64,000 bases of DNA from Chloroflexota bacterium (GCA_023381555.1 JAMCRV010000091.1:9556-73555), one strand, 5' to 3'. Counted from the first letter of the stretch, positions 1 to 10,661 are shown. Numbers and translations: made by a program. The notes: generated from the letters alone by a model not told the origin.

Positions 1-173
1 AGGAACAGCTGTGGCGCTACCGCGCTCTCGTCGGTGGATTCTTCATCTTCAAGCACGAGTACGTTCTGGTGTTCCAAAAGCAGTGACGGCGAACGAATGG
101 TTCGACCTGAAGACGCCAGCCGAAGTTTGTCGCCTGAAGCTCACGGCTATGCCGCGCACGGACTTGCAGAAGC

Positions 174-662
174 TCACCGCTTCACTGGGACTGAGCCCAG
201 CTGCTTGACCAACGACGCCATCTCAATCGCAGCGCTGGCCGCTTCCACCCCCTTGTTCCCGAGCTTGATGCCAGCACGGTCGAAGGCCTGTTCATGATTC
301 TCTGTCGTGATGACGCCGAAGATACACGGTACACCCGTCTGGATGCCGACCTGCTGAATCGCCGAAGTCGCCGCGGATGCCACGTGATCGTAGTGGGTGG
401 TGGCACCGCGGATGATGCAGCCCAAACACACAATCGCATCATAGTCACCCGAACGTGCCAAGCGCATGGCAACGGTTCCCAGTTCGAAGGAACCCGGTAC
501 CCAAGCAACGGTGATGCCTTCGTCGTGTACGCCGTGGCGTTGCAGAGCGTGCAGGCAGCCACCAAGGAGCTCTCTCGTGATGAGCTCGTTGAAGCGAGCC
601 ACTACAACTCCAACCCTTAGACCTGTTCCGATGAGGGACCCTTCAAGCACACGAGGCATCAA
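174..662 (-). CDS. ribH: 6,7-dimethyl-8-ribityllumazine synthase (riboflavin synthase beta subunit).
   Basis: 162 aa. The conserved lumazine synthase N-terminus is present ([18 protein letters not shown], then [15 protein letters not shown]). It is the last gene of the rib operon. Confidence 0.9.
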   Translation of the reverse strand: MMPRVLEGSLIGTGLRVGVVVARFNELITRELLGGCLHALQRHGVHDEGITVAWVPGSFELGTVAMRLARSGDYDAIVCLGCIIRGATTHYDHVASAATSAIQQVGIQTGVPCIFGVITTENHEQAFDRAGIKLGNKGVEAASAAIEMASLVKQLGSVPVKR

Positions 663-1926
663 GGAGCTCTCTTTCTTCCTGTGACACGTGGGAGTTCGGG
701 CCAGGAAACGTGTGGACCGTGGGAAGCAAGTGGCTCATACGCTCACGTTTGGTAGCCAGGTACCGCGCGCGTTCCGGACGTGGCGACGCGATCACCGGGA
801 CCCGCTCCACGACAGCAAGACCTAGTCGTCGTAGGGCATCGACTTTGTCAGGGTTGTTCGTGAGGAGCCGGACACGCTCGACCCCAAGGCTGCGGAGTAT
901 TTGGGCAGCCACTCCGTAGTGCCGGGCATCCGGTGGAAATCCAAGGGCTAGGTTAGCCTCGAAAGTATCGAGACCACTGTCCTGGAGTGCATACGCTTGG
1001 AGCTTCGCTGCGAGTCCGATCCCCCTCCCTTCTTGACGCAGGTAAAGCAGTACGCCAGCTCCAGCGGCGGCGATGGCCTGGAGTGACTGATGAAGCTGTT
1101 CACCACAGTCACACCGGAGGGAATGGAGCGCATCCCCTGTCAGACATTCGGAATGCACCCGCACCAAGGTTGGACCAACAGTGGGCACGTCTCCGTAAAT
1201 CAGCGCCACGTGATCGCTGCCGTCTGCAGTCAGGCGAAAGTCTGTTACCCGAAACTCGCCAAACTCCGTTGGGAGTTGCGCAGTAGCCCCGCGCTCAACG
1301 ACGGTGTCGTGCTGCCACCGATACTCGACAAGATCGGCAATGGAAACTACGGCGAGTTTGTGCTGGTCTGCGAAGCGATCGATACCTCTACCACGCAGAG
1401 ATTGCCCTGCTCCGTCCAAGACCTCGCAAATCACTCCTCCAGGAGTCAGCCCGGCGAGTCGAGTGAGGTCCACGGCAGCCTCGGTGTGGCCGCGGCGCCC
1501 CAGTACACCACGAGGATCTGCCGCGAGTGGGAACACGTGCCCAGGCCGCAGTAGGTCCTCCGGCCGTGCACTTTCTTCCACGAGACAGCGAGCCGTCCGG
1601 GCACGATCCTGGGTGGAGATGCCCGTGGTCGTTCCCTCCCGAGCGTCAACACTGATCGTAAAGGCTGTGCCGTGCCTCTCGGTCGCCACACCTGGTGGCA
1701 CCATCGGCTCGAGTCCTAGTTGAGCGAGCCGTTGCTGGGGCAGGGCGACACACACGAGTCCGCGGCCAAACATCACCATGAAGTTGATGGCTTCAGAGGT
1801 GGCGAACTCGGCAGCCACCAACAGATCAACTTCATGTTCGCGATCGTGATCGTCTGTCACTAAGACGACCTTCCCTTGACGCAGGTGCGCAAGCACCTCG
1901 ACCACCCCAGAACTCTGCTCTGACAT
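643..1926 (-). CDS. ribBA: Bifunctional 3,4-dihydroxy-2-butanone-4-phosphate synthase / GTP cyclohydrolase II.
   Basis: The DHBP synthase region is present ([15 protein letters not shown]) and a GTP cyclohydrolase II half with a CxC...C zinc site ([21 protein letters not shown]) follows. The ORF track extends it to 2271, but the conserved start is [11 protein letters not shown] at ~1926; the upstream extension has no homology. Confidence 0.88.
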   Translation of the reverse strand: MSEQSSGVVEVLAHLRQGKVVLVTDDHDREHEVDLLVAAEFATSEAINFMVMFGRGLVCVALPQQRLAQLGLEPMVPPGVATERHGTAFTISVDAREGTTTGISTQDRARTARCLVEESARPEDLLRPGHVFPLAADPRGVLGRRGHTEAAVDLTRLAGLTPGGVICEVLDGAGQSLRGRGIDRFADQHKLAVVSIADLVEYRWQHDTVVERGATAQLPTEFGEFRVTDFRLTADGSDHVALIYGDVPTVGPTLVRVHSECLTGDALHSLRCDCGEQLHQSLQAIAAAGAGVLLYLRQEGRGIGLAAKLQAYALQDSGLDTFEANLALGFPPDARHYGVAAQILRSLGVERVRLLTNNPDKVDALRRLGLAVVERVPVIASPRPERARYLATKRERMSHLLPTVHTFPGPNSHVSQEERELLDASCA

Positions 1927-1972
1927 CACTGTAAGCCCTTCCTCTTGGTCACTCCCAAGAACGTCGCGATTC

Positions 1973-2581
1973 CTACGGATCGCGTCCAACGTTGACGGAT
2001 TCTCGGAATGGCGCCAGCAATCGCTCGGCATACTTTGCAAGAATGTCAACTTCGAGGTTGACCGCGACTCCCGGTTGCCACTGCCCGAATATGGTGTGGT
2101 CGATCGTGAATCGAACGAGCGACACACGGAAACCATCCGGGAGAAGGGACACAATAGTGAGGCTAGCGCCGTCCACTGCGATGAAGCCCTTCTCAACAAG
2201 GTAGCGCTGGAGATGCTGTGGACAGGAGATGTCCACAAGCAGGGCATCGCCTTCAAGGAACAAGGCGGCAACGGTGCCTACTCCATCGACGTGCCCCTGA
2301 ACTATGTGGCCGCCGAGCGGCTTTTGCAGAGTAACGGCACGCTCCAAGTTGACTGGTGATGTGCTGGCTAGCTGCCCGAGGTTCGTCCGTCGCCACGTTT
2401 CCGGCATCACGTCGCATCCAAAGCCGTCGGGCCGCAGTCTCGCCACGGTGAGACAAGCCCCATTGACCGCGACGCTGTCCCCTAGTGCCAGTGTCTCACG
2501 CACACTGGGACACACGATATCAAGCGCAGTAGCACCGATGCACCGCACCAAGCCAACCTCTTCGATGATGCCAGTGAACAT
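1973..2581 (-). CDS. ribE: Riboflavin synthase alpha subunit.
   Basis: It has the canonical MFTGIIEEVG start at internal Met11 and a duplicated lumazine-binding repeat (VAVNGACLTV / IAVDGASLTI). The ORF track start at 2611 is probably too long. Confidence 0.85.
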   Translation of the reverse strand: MFTGIIEEVGLVRCIGATALDIVCPSVRETLALGDSVAVNGACLTVARLRPDGFGCDVMPETWRRTNLGQLASTSPVNLERAVTLQKPLGGHIVQGHVDGVGTVAALFLEGDALLVDISCPQHLQRYLVEKGFIAVDGASLTIVSLLPDGFRVSLVRFTIDHTIFGQWQPGVAVNLEVDILAKYAERLLAPFRESVNVGRDP

Positions 2582-2607
2582 CCTTGCCGCTCCTGTCACA
2601 AACACGA

Positions 2608-3741
2608 TCAAGCGTCGGTCGAAGATGGGAAAGAGACGCGTCCTCGCAGTACGGCATCCTGACCCACGGCAGCTGGCGAGGACCAGTCGATGCGGGCCGC
2701 CGCTGTGAGTGCCGACACTCCAGTGCCAGCGACGGGACCGGGCGCTTCTCCGCCACCGATTACACGCGGAGCGACGAAGATCACAGCCTCATCAACCAAG
2801 CGGTGATCGAAGAAGCTCCCTAGGACTCTTCCACCTCCCTCTACGAGCACGTGGTGACAGTCCAATGCCAGCAGTTGTTGCAATACGGCAGACGGGTCTA
2901 CCTGTCCCCTTGGTGATGCGGGAACTTGGATGAGAAGGGCGCCGCGCTGCGCGATCGCGGCGGCCCGCTCCATAGGTACAGCACTCGTTGCGAGGACAAC
3001 CGTCCTGTCCACGTGATCGTCGGTGAGGATCCCACTGCAAAGCGGAAGGCGCCCGTGACTATCGAGCACTACCCTCAGGGGACGGTGGAGGCGCGGCTCT
3101 CGTCGACTGAGATGATCTGGAAGCCGGACAGTAAGCTGAGGATCATCAGCAATCACCGTCGAGACGCCCACGACAATCGCGTCTACGACATCACGAATCT
3201 CGTGAACAACCGCTCGTGACGCCTCGCTACTGATCCAGCGGGAATCACCAGCGCGAGTAGCGATCTTGCCATCTGCGGACATGGCCCACTTTGCCGTCAC
3301 GAGCGGCCTGTCGCGGGTCACGGCTGTGAAGAAAGGCGCCAGTTGCTGCAGAGCCTCCTCGGCGCCATCGCCGATCTCCACAGCGACGCCGCTTTCGCGC
3401 AGCTTGTGAAAGCCTTGCCCACAAACCAGCGGGTTGGGATCCTGCTGACTCGCGACGACTCGTCGAATACCAGCAGCGATGACTGCGTCCGCGCACGGTG
3501 GGGTGCGCCCGTAATGCGAGCAAGGCTCGAGGGTGACGTAGAGCGTTGCTTCTTGGGCACGGTCTCCTGCCGCCTGCAGCGCAACCACTTCGGCGTGTGG
3601 ACCGCTCCGAGGCTGAGTGAATCCCGCTCCCACGACGCTACCGTCGCGGACGATGACCGCTCCGACCGGTGGGCGCGGCGCAGTCCGGCCTCGCGCAAGC
3701 TCAGCGTACTCAAGAGCGAGAAGCATTGGCTTTGACGTCAC
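2608..3741 (-). CDS. ribD: Bifunctional riboflavin biosynthesis deaminase/reductase (diaminohydroxyphosphoribosylaminopyrimidine deaminase and 5-amino-6-(5-phosphoribosylamino)uracil reductase).
   Basis: A CMP/dCMP-type deaminase zinc motif is present (HAEVVAL...LEPCSHYGRTPPC), followed by a RibD reductase C-terminal domain. The ORF begins with GTG at 3741; an internal ATG at 3726 (MLLALEYAELARG) matches the RibD N-terminus better. Confidence 0.9.
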   Translation of the reverse strand: MTSKPMLLALEYAELARGRTAPRPPVGAVIVRDGSVVGAGFTQPRSGPHAEVVALQAAGDRAQEATLYVTLEPCSHYGRTPPCADAVIAAGIRRVVASQQDPNPLVCGQGFHKLRESGVAVEIGDGAEEALQQLAPFFTAVTRDRPLVTAKWAMSADGKIATRAGDSRWISSEASRAVVHEIRDVVDAIVVGVSTVIADDPQLTVRLPDHLSRREPRLHRPLRVVLDSHGRLPLCSGILTDDHVDRTVVLATSAVPMERAAAIAQRGALLIQVPASPRGQVDPSAVLQQLLALDCHHVLVEGGGRVLGSFFDHRLVDEAVIFVAPRVIGGGEAPGPVAGTGVSALTAAARIDWSSPAAVGQDAVLRGRVSFPSSTDA

Positions 3742-3852
3742 TCACCACCCCTAGTCTACACATCGGGGCACGCGAGTGCTTGCAGGCAGCGCCGCACGAC
3801 CTAGCTCACCAGGTGTACGCCCACGACCACGAGCGGCAGTGCGCCTACAACA

Positions 3853-3986
3853 TCACCTTCTTGCATCCGGACTATACCGTCGGCTCCGGAGTCTCACCGG
3901 ATCCTGCGCACCCTTGCGTGCGCTCGCGGGCTCTACCGCCGATCGGGAATTGACGCTGCGCGCCTCACCCTGCCCCGAAGGTTCAA
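3853..3986 (-). ncRNA. FMN riboswitch (RFN element) in the 5' leader of the ribD-ribE-ribBA-ribH operon.
   Basis: The reverse complement reads CTTCGGGGCAGGGTGAGGCGCGCAGCGTCAATTCCCGATCGGCGGTAGAGCCCGCGAGC...GGATCCGGTGAGACTCCGGAGCCGACGGTATAGTCCGGATGCAAGAAGG. This matches the conserved RFN cores: GGGGCAGGGTGAaATTCCC, ACCGGCGGTA, AGCCCGCGAGC, and GGTGAaATTCCgaAGCCGACaGTATAGTCtGGATG-AGAAG. Confidence 0.8.
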
Positions 3987-4101
3987 CTCTTCTCTTGTTC
4001 TGATCTTTTGTAAGGTTACCACACGATGCCCATCGCGCCATCCCTGCGGCCGCTTCGCCCAGGGTGGTTCTTCGTCCTTCGTGTTACACTCCCCAACATT
4101 G

Positions 4102-4173
4102 GGCGACGTGGCCAAGTGGTTAAGGCAGGGGTCTGCAAAACCCCTATCGGCGGTTCGATTCCGCCCGTCGCCT
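4102..4173 (+). tRNA. tRNA-Cys (anticodon GCA).
   Basis: It folds as a cloverleaf. The acceptor stem is GGCGACG/CGTCGCC, the D-arm is GCC-AAGTGGTTAA-GGC, the anticodon stem-loop is GGGGT-CTGCAAA-ACCCC, and the T-arm is GGCGG-TTCGATT-CCGCC. No CCA is encoded. Confidence 0.85.
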
Positions 4174-4223
4174 CCTCACGTTGACGCCGCTGGGTCCACC
4201 TGCCATGCTCTCTCCTGCAAACA

Positions 4224-5522
4224 TTGAACCGGAGAGAGGAAGGTTGCGTGAGTGCGGTGCCAGTGCCAGCGTCGACTACTGGTGACAGTAGCTGGTTTGT
4301 CCAAGATCGGTTTGGCCTCTTCATCCATTGGGGTATCTACGCACTACCTGCACGTCACGAGTGGGTGAAGAATCGTGAGCGTATCTCTGACGAGCAGTAC
4401 CAGCGCTACTTCAGTCATTTTGATCCAGATCTGTACGACCCCCGAGCGTGGGCCCGGATCGCGAAAGCTGCCGGTATGCGTTACGCGGTGCTCACCACGA
4501 AGCATCACGATGGGTTCTGTCTCTGGGATTCAGCGCTCACCGACTACAAAGCGACCAACACGCTAGCCGGTCGCGATCTCGTCCGGGAGTACGTCGAGGC
4601 GTTCCGTGCTGAGGGATTCCGTATCGGTTTCTACCACTCTCTCATAGACTGGCACCATCCCGAGTTCCCTGTAGATGGACTACATCCACAGCGAGACGAT
4701 GTGGAGTTTCGAGCCAAGAACGCTCACCGCGATATTACAAAGTACGCGACCTACCTCCACGGACAGGTTCGCGAGCTTCTCTCGAACTATGGCAAAGTTG
4801 ACGTTCTGTGGCTCGACTTCTCCTATTCTCAGCGAGACTGGGGCTGGTCTAAGGGCAAGGGCAAAGACGACTGGCAGTCGGAAAAGCTGGTTGCCATGAT
4901 CCGTGAGCTGCAACCGCACATTCTCATCAACAACCGGAGTGAAACTGACGGCGACTTCTACACACCCGAGCAGGTGCAGCCGCAGGGTTGGGTGACGCAC
5001 GAGGGCAGGCCCGTCGTCTGGGAAGCCTGCCAGACTCTCAACGGAAGTTGGGGGTATGACCGTGACAACCTTGATTGGAAGTCTCCAGACTTACTCGTAC
5101 GCATGCTGATCGATGCGGTGTCCAAGGGTGGAAACATGCTCCTCAACGTGGGTCCCACAGCGAGGGGAGAGTTTGATGCTCGGGCGGTGACGACGCTTGC
5201 CGCCATTGGAGAGTGGATGCGCTTACACAGCCGGGCAATCTACGGATGTACACAAAGCGCGTACAGTGCGCCACAAGACTGCCGGCTCACCCAGCGCGGA
5301 ATGCGCTTGTACCTCCACGTATTTTCCTGGCCTTTCCGGCACCTGCACTTGAACGGTCTGGGGGGCAAGGTTTCCTACGCTCAGCTCCTCAACGATGCCT
5401 CAGAGATCAAGATGACAGAGGTGAGTGAGAACGGTACTTCAGGGAATTCGACGCTCCGTCTTGAGCTTCCGATTCAACGCCCCGGTGTTCTCGTTCCGGT
5501 CGTGGAGCTTTTCTTGAAGTAG
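4224..5522 (+). CDS. Alpha-L-fucosidase (glycoside hydrolase family 29).
   Basis: GH29 N-terminal signature is present (FGLFIHWGIYALPA...YAVLTTKHHDGFCLWDS...). Confidence 0.8.
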   Translation: MNRREEGCVSAVPVPASTTGDSSWFVQDRFGLFIHWGIYALPARHEWVKNRERISDEQYQRYFSHFDPDLYDPRAWARIAKAAGMRYAVLTTKHHDGFCLWDSALTDYKATNTLAGRDLVREYVEAFRAEGFRIGFYHSLIDWHHPEFPVDGLHPQRDDVEFRAKNAHRDITKYATYLHGQVRELLSNYGKVDVLWLDFSYSQRDWGWSKGKGKDDWQSEKLVAMIRELQPHILINNRSETDGDFYTPEQVQPQGWVTHEGRPVVWEACQTLNGSWGYDRDNLDWKSPDLLVRMLIDAVSKGGNMLLNVGPTARGEFDARAVTTLAAIGEWMRLHSRAIYGCTQSAYSAPQDCRLTQRGMRLYLHVFSWPFRHLHLNGLGGKVSYAQLLNDASEIKMTEVSENGTSGNSTLRLELPIQRPGVLVPVVELFLK

Positions 5523-5706
5523 GCGGCGTAGTACCACCGCACCAGCGACAGCACCCACGCTGTCAGTGACACGGGAGTATGCTAACCGCGGTACCCTCGT
5601 TCTCCCGACCCCGGTAGGCGTTCCCCGCCAGCGATCTGGCGATCTGGGCTTCCGACGCCGACACGTCGATGGCTGGCGCTCGAGGCTTACCGTCCCACTC
5701 GCGCGG

Positions 5707-7029
5707 TCAAGCGTCGCGATCGCTCCGGCCATCCTCGATGCGCAGAAGCGAGCCAATCTCCCGGACACGTGGAAGCACTCGCAAGCGTCTCACCGCTTCC
5801 TGCACCGAGGCTTCACGCGCGCGGTGGGTGAGGAGAACGATCTCTGCCGTCCTCCGCTCCGAGTCGCTCTCCTGTTGAATGAACGCGGCGATGCTGATGG
5901 CCAGAGAGCCAAACACCGTGGCAATCTCAGCGAGGACGCCGGGTTCATCCGAGACTGTCAGGCGGAAATAGTAACGCGTATCCAGTTCCTGGATCGATAG
6001 CACGCGGTTACCAGCTTCGATGCGAGCCTGTGTACGGTTGTTGACCCCCTTCCGAATATTGCGGGCGAGGTCGATCAGGTCGCCGGCTACAGCACTGGCC
6101 GTGGGGAAGCGGCCTGCTCCGCGTCCGTAGAGCAGTACCTGTCCAACGAGGTCACCCTCGATCTCGACCGCGTTGTAGACTCCGTTGACCTCCGAGAGCA
6201 ACTGCTGATGCGGAACGAGGGTTGGGTGCACTCGTGCCTCGATGCCGGAAGGGTGCTCACGAGCAATCGCTAGCAGCTTGATGGCGTATCCTAACTCACG
6301 CGCATAGCGGAAGTCACGTGCGGTCAACGTATCGATGCCTTGATGGTAGATCTGGTCAGGCGTTACCTCGGTATGGAACGCCAGTGATGAGAGGATCGCA
6401 AGCTTATAGGCCGCATCCAGGCCGGAGATATCGTTGAATGGGTCAGCCTCAGCGTATCCCAGGCGCTGGGCCTCCGCCAGAGCGTCGCGAAAGTCGATGC
6501 CTTCTTGGGACATCCTGGTGAGGATGTAGTTCGTGGTGCCATTGATGATGGCTCTCACTGACGAGATGTGGTTCGCGACAAAGTCGCGCTTGAATGGTCC
6601 AATAAGTGGCAGCCCACCGCCGACACTCGCCTCGTAGTACACATCGACGTTGTGTTGAGCAGCGAGCTCGAGTAAGCGGCGTCCGTGTTTTGCCATCACC
6701 TCTTTGTTAGCGGTCACGAGGTGCTTGCCTGCCTGGAGCGCTGCGCCCATGTAGGTGAGCGCTGGTTCCTCTCCACCCATGACTTCGACAACGACGTCAA
6801 TCGTCGGATCGCCAAGCACGTCTTGTGGATCGGTAGTGAGCACTGAACTCGGAATCTCCACTGGTCGAGGCTTTGTACGATCCCTCACCAGCGCTCGCGC
6901 TAGCTCAAGGTGGCAATCGAACAGGCGCGTGACCCGCTCCGCGCGCGTGATGACGAACTCAGCGACACCGCCCCCTACAGTCCCCAGTCCCAAGAGACCG
7001 ATGCGTAACTGCAATGGCTTCACTTCCAC
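5707..7029 (-). CDS. hom: Homoserine dehydrogenase with a C-terminal ACT domain.
   Basis: A Rossmann GLLGLGTVGGGV motif is present, the central domain is a conserved Hom catalytic region, and the C-terminus is an ACT domain (VSDEPGVLAEIATVFGSLAISI). Confidence 0.9.
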   Translation of the reverse strand: MEVKPLQLRIGLLGLGTVGGGVAEFVITRAERVTRLFDCHLELARALVRDRTKPRPVEIPSSVLTTDPQDVLGDPTIDVVVEVMGGEEPALTYMGAALQAGKHLVTANKEVMAKHGRRLLELAAQHNVDVYYEASVGGGLPLIGPFKRDFVANHISSVRAIINGTTNYILTRMSQEGIDFRDALAEAQRLGYAEADPFNDISGLDAAYKLAILSSLAFHTEVTPDQIYHQGIDTLTARDFRYARELGYAIKLLAIAREHPSGIEARVHPTLVPHQQLLSEVNGVYNAVEIEGDLVGQVLLYGRGAGRFPTASAVAGDLIDLARNIRKGVNNRTQARIEAGNRVLSIQELDTRYYFRLTVSDEPGVLAEIATVFGSLAISIAAFIQQESDSERRTAEIVLLTHRAREASVQEAVRRLRVLPRVREIGSLLRIEDGRSDRDA

Positions 7030-8192
7030 TGTCCCAAAGAACGGATGCGTTCCATAGCCTCCTCCAAGCGCAGGTCATCGATCGTCAACGACATGCGTAC
7101 GTAATTATCTCCCTGTGAGCCATAACCGACACCGGGAGTCACGACGACACCGGTCTTTTCGAGCAAGAGGCTGGCAAAGTCGATTGACCGCATCCCCGCG
7201 GGAATCGGCGCCCAGACGTAGAACGTAGCTTGTGGCTCATCGATCGGTAGACGGAGATTGCGCCAGGTCTCGACAACGAGATCGCGACGCCTACGATAGA
7301 TCTCGACCATACGGTGGATGTTGTCCTGCGGTCCCGTAAGGGCTGCGATCCCCGCCCGCTGCACCGCTCCAAAGATACCCGAATCGGTGTTTTCTTTGAC
7401 CTTACGCAGTGCGGCGATGATATCAGCGTTGCCGACCGCCATGCCAATGCGCCACCCCGTCATATTGTAGGGCTTAGAGAGCGAGTTGAATTCAACGAGA
7501 GGTGCATCCAGAGCGCCCGAGCAAAGCAGACTCGCCGGCTGCTCACCAAAGGCGATCTCACTGTACGGGCAATCGTTGACGACGATCGTGTCGTTCGAGC
7601 GTGACCACTCCGCCACCTCCTGCCAAAAGGATGATGGAGCCATAGCCGTGGTTGGGTTGTTAGGATAGTTGAGCCAGAGAATCTTGGCCCGGCGAGCCTG
7701 GTCGGTCGGGATATCCCTCAGTGCAGGAAGCCATCCTGTCGTTGCAGAGAGAGGTATCCGGATAATCTGAGCACCTGCAAAGATAGCGCTCGCAACGTAA
7801 GCAGGATACGCGGGATCCGGAATCAACGCGACGTCTCCTGGATTGAGATACGCGAGCGCAAGGTGGTGGTTTCCTTCCTTACTACCAATGAGGGCCAGCA
7901 CTTCGCGATCAGGGTCCAGCGAGACCGCAAACCGCTTCGCGTACCACTGCGCGACCGCCTGGCGGAACGACGTCATTCCACGCTCTTCATCGGGTGGATA
8001 CACGTGCATAGCCGGGTCGCGGGCCGCTCCATTGAGCGCATCGATGATGTGCCCAGGAGTCGGATGGTCAGGGTCTCCGACACCTAGGCTGATCACGTCG
8101 ATGCCTCGGGACCTGGCTTCCCGCTCCTTCTGACGAATCTGAACGAAGAGATAGGGTGGAAGCTGTTCGACTCTACCGGCTACGTGTACCAC
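7020..8192 (-). CDS. Class I PLP-dependent aminotransferase, most similar to LL-diaminopimelate aminotransferase (DapL type).
   Basis: The N-terminal motif LPPYLF...IDVISLGVGDPDHPTP is present. Other DapL-like matches are SKEGNHHLALAYLNPGDVALIPDPAYPAY and NYPNNPTTAMA. It overlaps the hom start by 10 bp. Confidence 0.6.
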   Translation of the reverse strand: MVHVAGRVEQLPPYLFVQIRQKEREARSRGIDVISLGVGDPDHPTPGHIIDALNGAARDPAMHVYPPDEERGMTSFRQAVAQWYAKRFAVSLDPDREVLALIGSKEGNHHLALAYLNPGDVALIPDPAYPAYVASAIFAGAQIIRIPLSATTGWLPALRDIPTDQARRAKILWLNYPNNPTTAMAPSSFWQEVAEWSRSNDTIVVNDCPYSEIAFGEQPASLLCSGALDAPLVEFNSLSKPYNMTGWRIGMAVGNADIIAALRKVKENTDSGIFGAVQRAGIAALTGPQDNIHRMVEIYRRRRDLVVETWRNLRLPIDEPQATFYVWAPIPAGMRSIDFASLLLEKTGVVVTPGVGYGSQGDNYVRMSLTIDDLRLEEAMERIRSLGQWK

Positions 8193-8272
8193 GCCTGCTG
8201 CTTCTCCTCAGCGCGAATCAACCACCACGTCACAACCGTGGCGAGTGTACCCGCAGAGCTAGCAGTGCGTCA

Positions 8273-10567
8273 TCACGCTGATCCATACCCACCCGACTGG
8301 ACAGTGGTGCTACTTCTCCACACTCTGAGCAGGGGCGCCACAAGGAGAACCGTGGCAATGGCAAGTGCCGTGAATGTGATCATGCCACCATAGAGCAGGA
8401 TTCTGGGCCGGTACGTCAAGGAGATGGTATGGCGTCCCGGCCCGATCTCCACACCAGATAACGCTCCATCAACCGGGAGCAACCGGGCCCGCCTCCCATC
8501 CACCGTGACGTGCCAGCCTGGGTAGTAAATCTGACTCCACACCAACAGCCCTTCGCCGGCGGTGGAAACCTCAGCGGTCAGATGTGTTGGGCTCGACTCG
8601 TGAACTTTCACCGTCTCATTACCAGGCTGTCCGAGAGGCAGCGGCAGTGGCGAATTGACTACCGCCATCTGGCCAACGTTACTCCGTCCGAGAATGCGCC
8701 ACACGTCTTGTCCGGAGCCAACCGCAACCTGATGCACGAGCCACGCCCGAGGCAGGCTGATCACTGGTGCCAGCCGGTAGAGGTGCAGTGGGCCGTCCGA
8801 GCCTAGAAGGGTCAGCGGCGCACCTGCAGGGAAGGTCCGCTTCGTCACGATATAGCGCACATTCAGTAGCATCTGACGCCGAGTGCCGTCGAGTAATCCT
8901 TGGGGCTGGGCGGCATTCATCGCGGCGAATGAGGAGAGCTCCAGAGGCGTGCTGCCGATCACGTCCTCGAGCCCGTAGATGAGGCCTTCATTGCCATCGG
9001 CAGGCAACGTTCCCTCAGTACTGACGCGAAAGGGACCATTCTTGCCGTGCTGCATCAGAGAGATAATCGTAAGCTCTGGATACGGTTGCAGATCTCCGGG
9101 TACCAATCCCCAGTAGCGATGCGCTGTAAAGAGCTCCACAATGGCGATCCCTATCAGGGCCACCAGTACGAACCGGCCGCGCCGCCCCAGAAGCATCCCG
9201 AGACCAATGATGAGGACGCTGATGATCACGAAGGCTGACAAACGGCGCACACCCAAGAGTGCTGCCTGTTGGGATGACTCACGGAGAATGGGCACTTTCG
9301 CCATCAGCTGCGCAAGAAAGAGGCCGGCCAGGACGAGAGCGGAGATGAGGAACAATGAGACGGACGTTCTGCTAGCGCTGGCCAGCAGCTCCCACAGGGC
9401 GCACATCCCGAGACCCGCAAGACAAGCAGCGGCAAAGGACACGAGGAGGATCGAGCGCTCCTGATCACGTACGAGGTTGAACCCTGGGAACACGTGATAC
9501 GCCACTGGATAGAGCGGTCCGTGTCCACCCAGGCTCATGAGCAGACCAAACGCACCAAGAATGACGAGCATTGGCCAGGGTCGCCAGTGCCAGGCGAAAA
9601 CTGCACCGAGACTCATAAGCACGACGGATGCCCCGACGTATGCCGGTGCAGCTGCTCCGAAACCGGAGTTGAGCACCGTCCCAAGTAGCTCATGCATCCT
9701 GAAACCGCCAGCCAGAAACGAGTACGGCTCTTTGTGACGGACCGTCAGAGGTACCATTTGTAGAGTCGGAAGCAGCTGGACCGCCCCCAGAGCGATACCA
9801 AGCGCAAGTCCTAACCCTGGTCTGGCGACGCTAGCTAGCTTGACACTCCACGGCCCCTTAGTGCGAAGAGAGCCAATGACAAGCCAGAGCGCTGCAGCAT
9901 AGCCTGTGTACAGCAAAGCCTGGGGATGACCACCGAGGATCGCGAGACCGAAACACAGTGCGAGCAGACCGAGAATCCAGGTAGCACTGGAATCCAATGA
10001 CAAGTCTACGAAGAGGAGGGTCCAAGGCAGCCAGGCTGAAACCTGGAGGATATCTGTATCCTGGAGAGGATAGGTCGTGAGATATCCACTCAGCTCGAAT
10101 GCGACAGCGGCCAAGGTGGCGCCAGCGAGGCGGGCGATCCACGGCAGTGATGAAGCGCGATCTCTGGTCAAGGCCAGAAGAAAGATCAGCGTGCCGGCTC
10201 CTGCGAATGCGATGTGAGCGAGTTCATCGACCACCAACATTCGCGGTGTGAGCAGCCGCTGCCCTCCAAGGAGGACCGCAAGGAGGAGGGTGGGTGGGTA
10301 GAAGCTATCGAATTGGATATCCGCGTCAGCTGGCTGGCCGGCATTGACGGCAGCCGCCCAGAGCGGGATGTGGCCGTGCTGATAGCTCGACACCACGAAG
10401 AAGTGCATCGGAAAGTGCACTTCTGAAAAGTCACCCAGGCGAATCGACCAACGTGCCGCAGTGTCTGGCGTCACAAGTGGCCAGAAGTACGTGACTGGCA
10501 AGGCACAAACCAGATTCACTGCCGCAAAGAAGACCAGCCACTTGACTACCCTGTGAGATCGCGGCAC
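8273..10567 (-). CDS. Large polytopic membrane protein, possibly a YfhO-like GT-C membrane glycosyltransferase.
   Basis: 764 aa. It has at least 12 predicted hydrophobic helices in the N-terminal two-thirds, a roughly 250-aa soluble C-terminal domain, and a final transmembrane helix. No catalytic motif was verified. Confidence 0.35.
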   Translation of the reverse strand: MPRSHRVVKWLVFFAAVNLVCALPVTYFWPLVTPDTAARWSIRLGDFSEVHFPMHFFVVSSYQHGHIPLWAAAVNAGQPADADIQFDSFYPPTLLLAVLLGGQRLLTPRMLVVDELAHIAFAGAGTLIFLLALTRDRASSLPWIARLAGATLAAVAFELSGYLTTYPLQDTDILQVSAWLPWTLLFVDLSLDSSATWILGLLALCFGLAILGGHPQALLYTGYAAALWLVIGSLRTKGPWSVKLASVARPGLGLALGIALGAVQLLPTLQMVPLTVRHKEPYSFLAGGFRMHELLGTVLNSGFGAAAPAYVGASVVLMSLGAVFAWHWRPWPMLVILGAFGLLMSLGGHGPLYPVAYHVFPGFNLVRDQERSILLVSFAAACLAGLGMCALWELLASASRTSVSLFLISALVLAGLFLAQLMAKVPILRESSQQAALLGVRRLSAFVIISVLIIGLGMLLGRRGRFVLVALIGIAIVELFTAHRYWGLVPGDLQPYPELTIISLMQHGKNGPFRVSTEGTLPADGNEGLIYGLEDVIGSTPLELSSFAAMNAAQPQGLLDGTRRQMLLNVRYIVTKRTFPAGAPLTLLGSDGPLHLYRLAPVISLPRAWLVHQVAVGSGQDVWRILGRSNVGQMAVVNSPLPLPLGQPGNETVKVHESSPTHLTAEVSTAGEGLLVWSQIYYPGWHVTVDGRRARLLPVDGALSGVEIGPGRHTISLTYRPRILLYGGMITFTALAIATVLLVAPLLRVWRSSTTVQSGGYGSA

Positions 10568-10661
10568 GTATCCTCCCAGTTTCCCTGGCTACTCACTAAT
10601 GTATGGTATGCTTACGGAAACTTACCGCGGCGTAGTTCAGCAGTGCTCGGAGGTCACACGA

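Noticed and set aside
1-173. A possible nusB or other gene start downstream of ribH, running off the window edge.
   Set aside because: No convincing start codon or conserved N-terminus was found in any minus-strand frame, and the region is too short to call.
643-2271. A 542-aa RibBA with a 115-aa N-terminal extension overlapping ribE.
   Set aside because: The extension is Ser/Arg-rich, lacks homology and would overlap the ribE coding region. The conserved RibBA start is [11 protein letters not shown] at ~1926.
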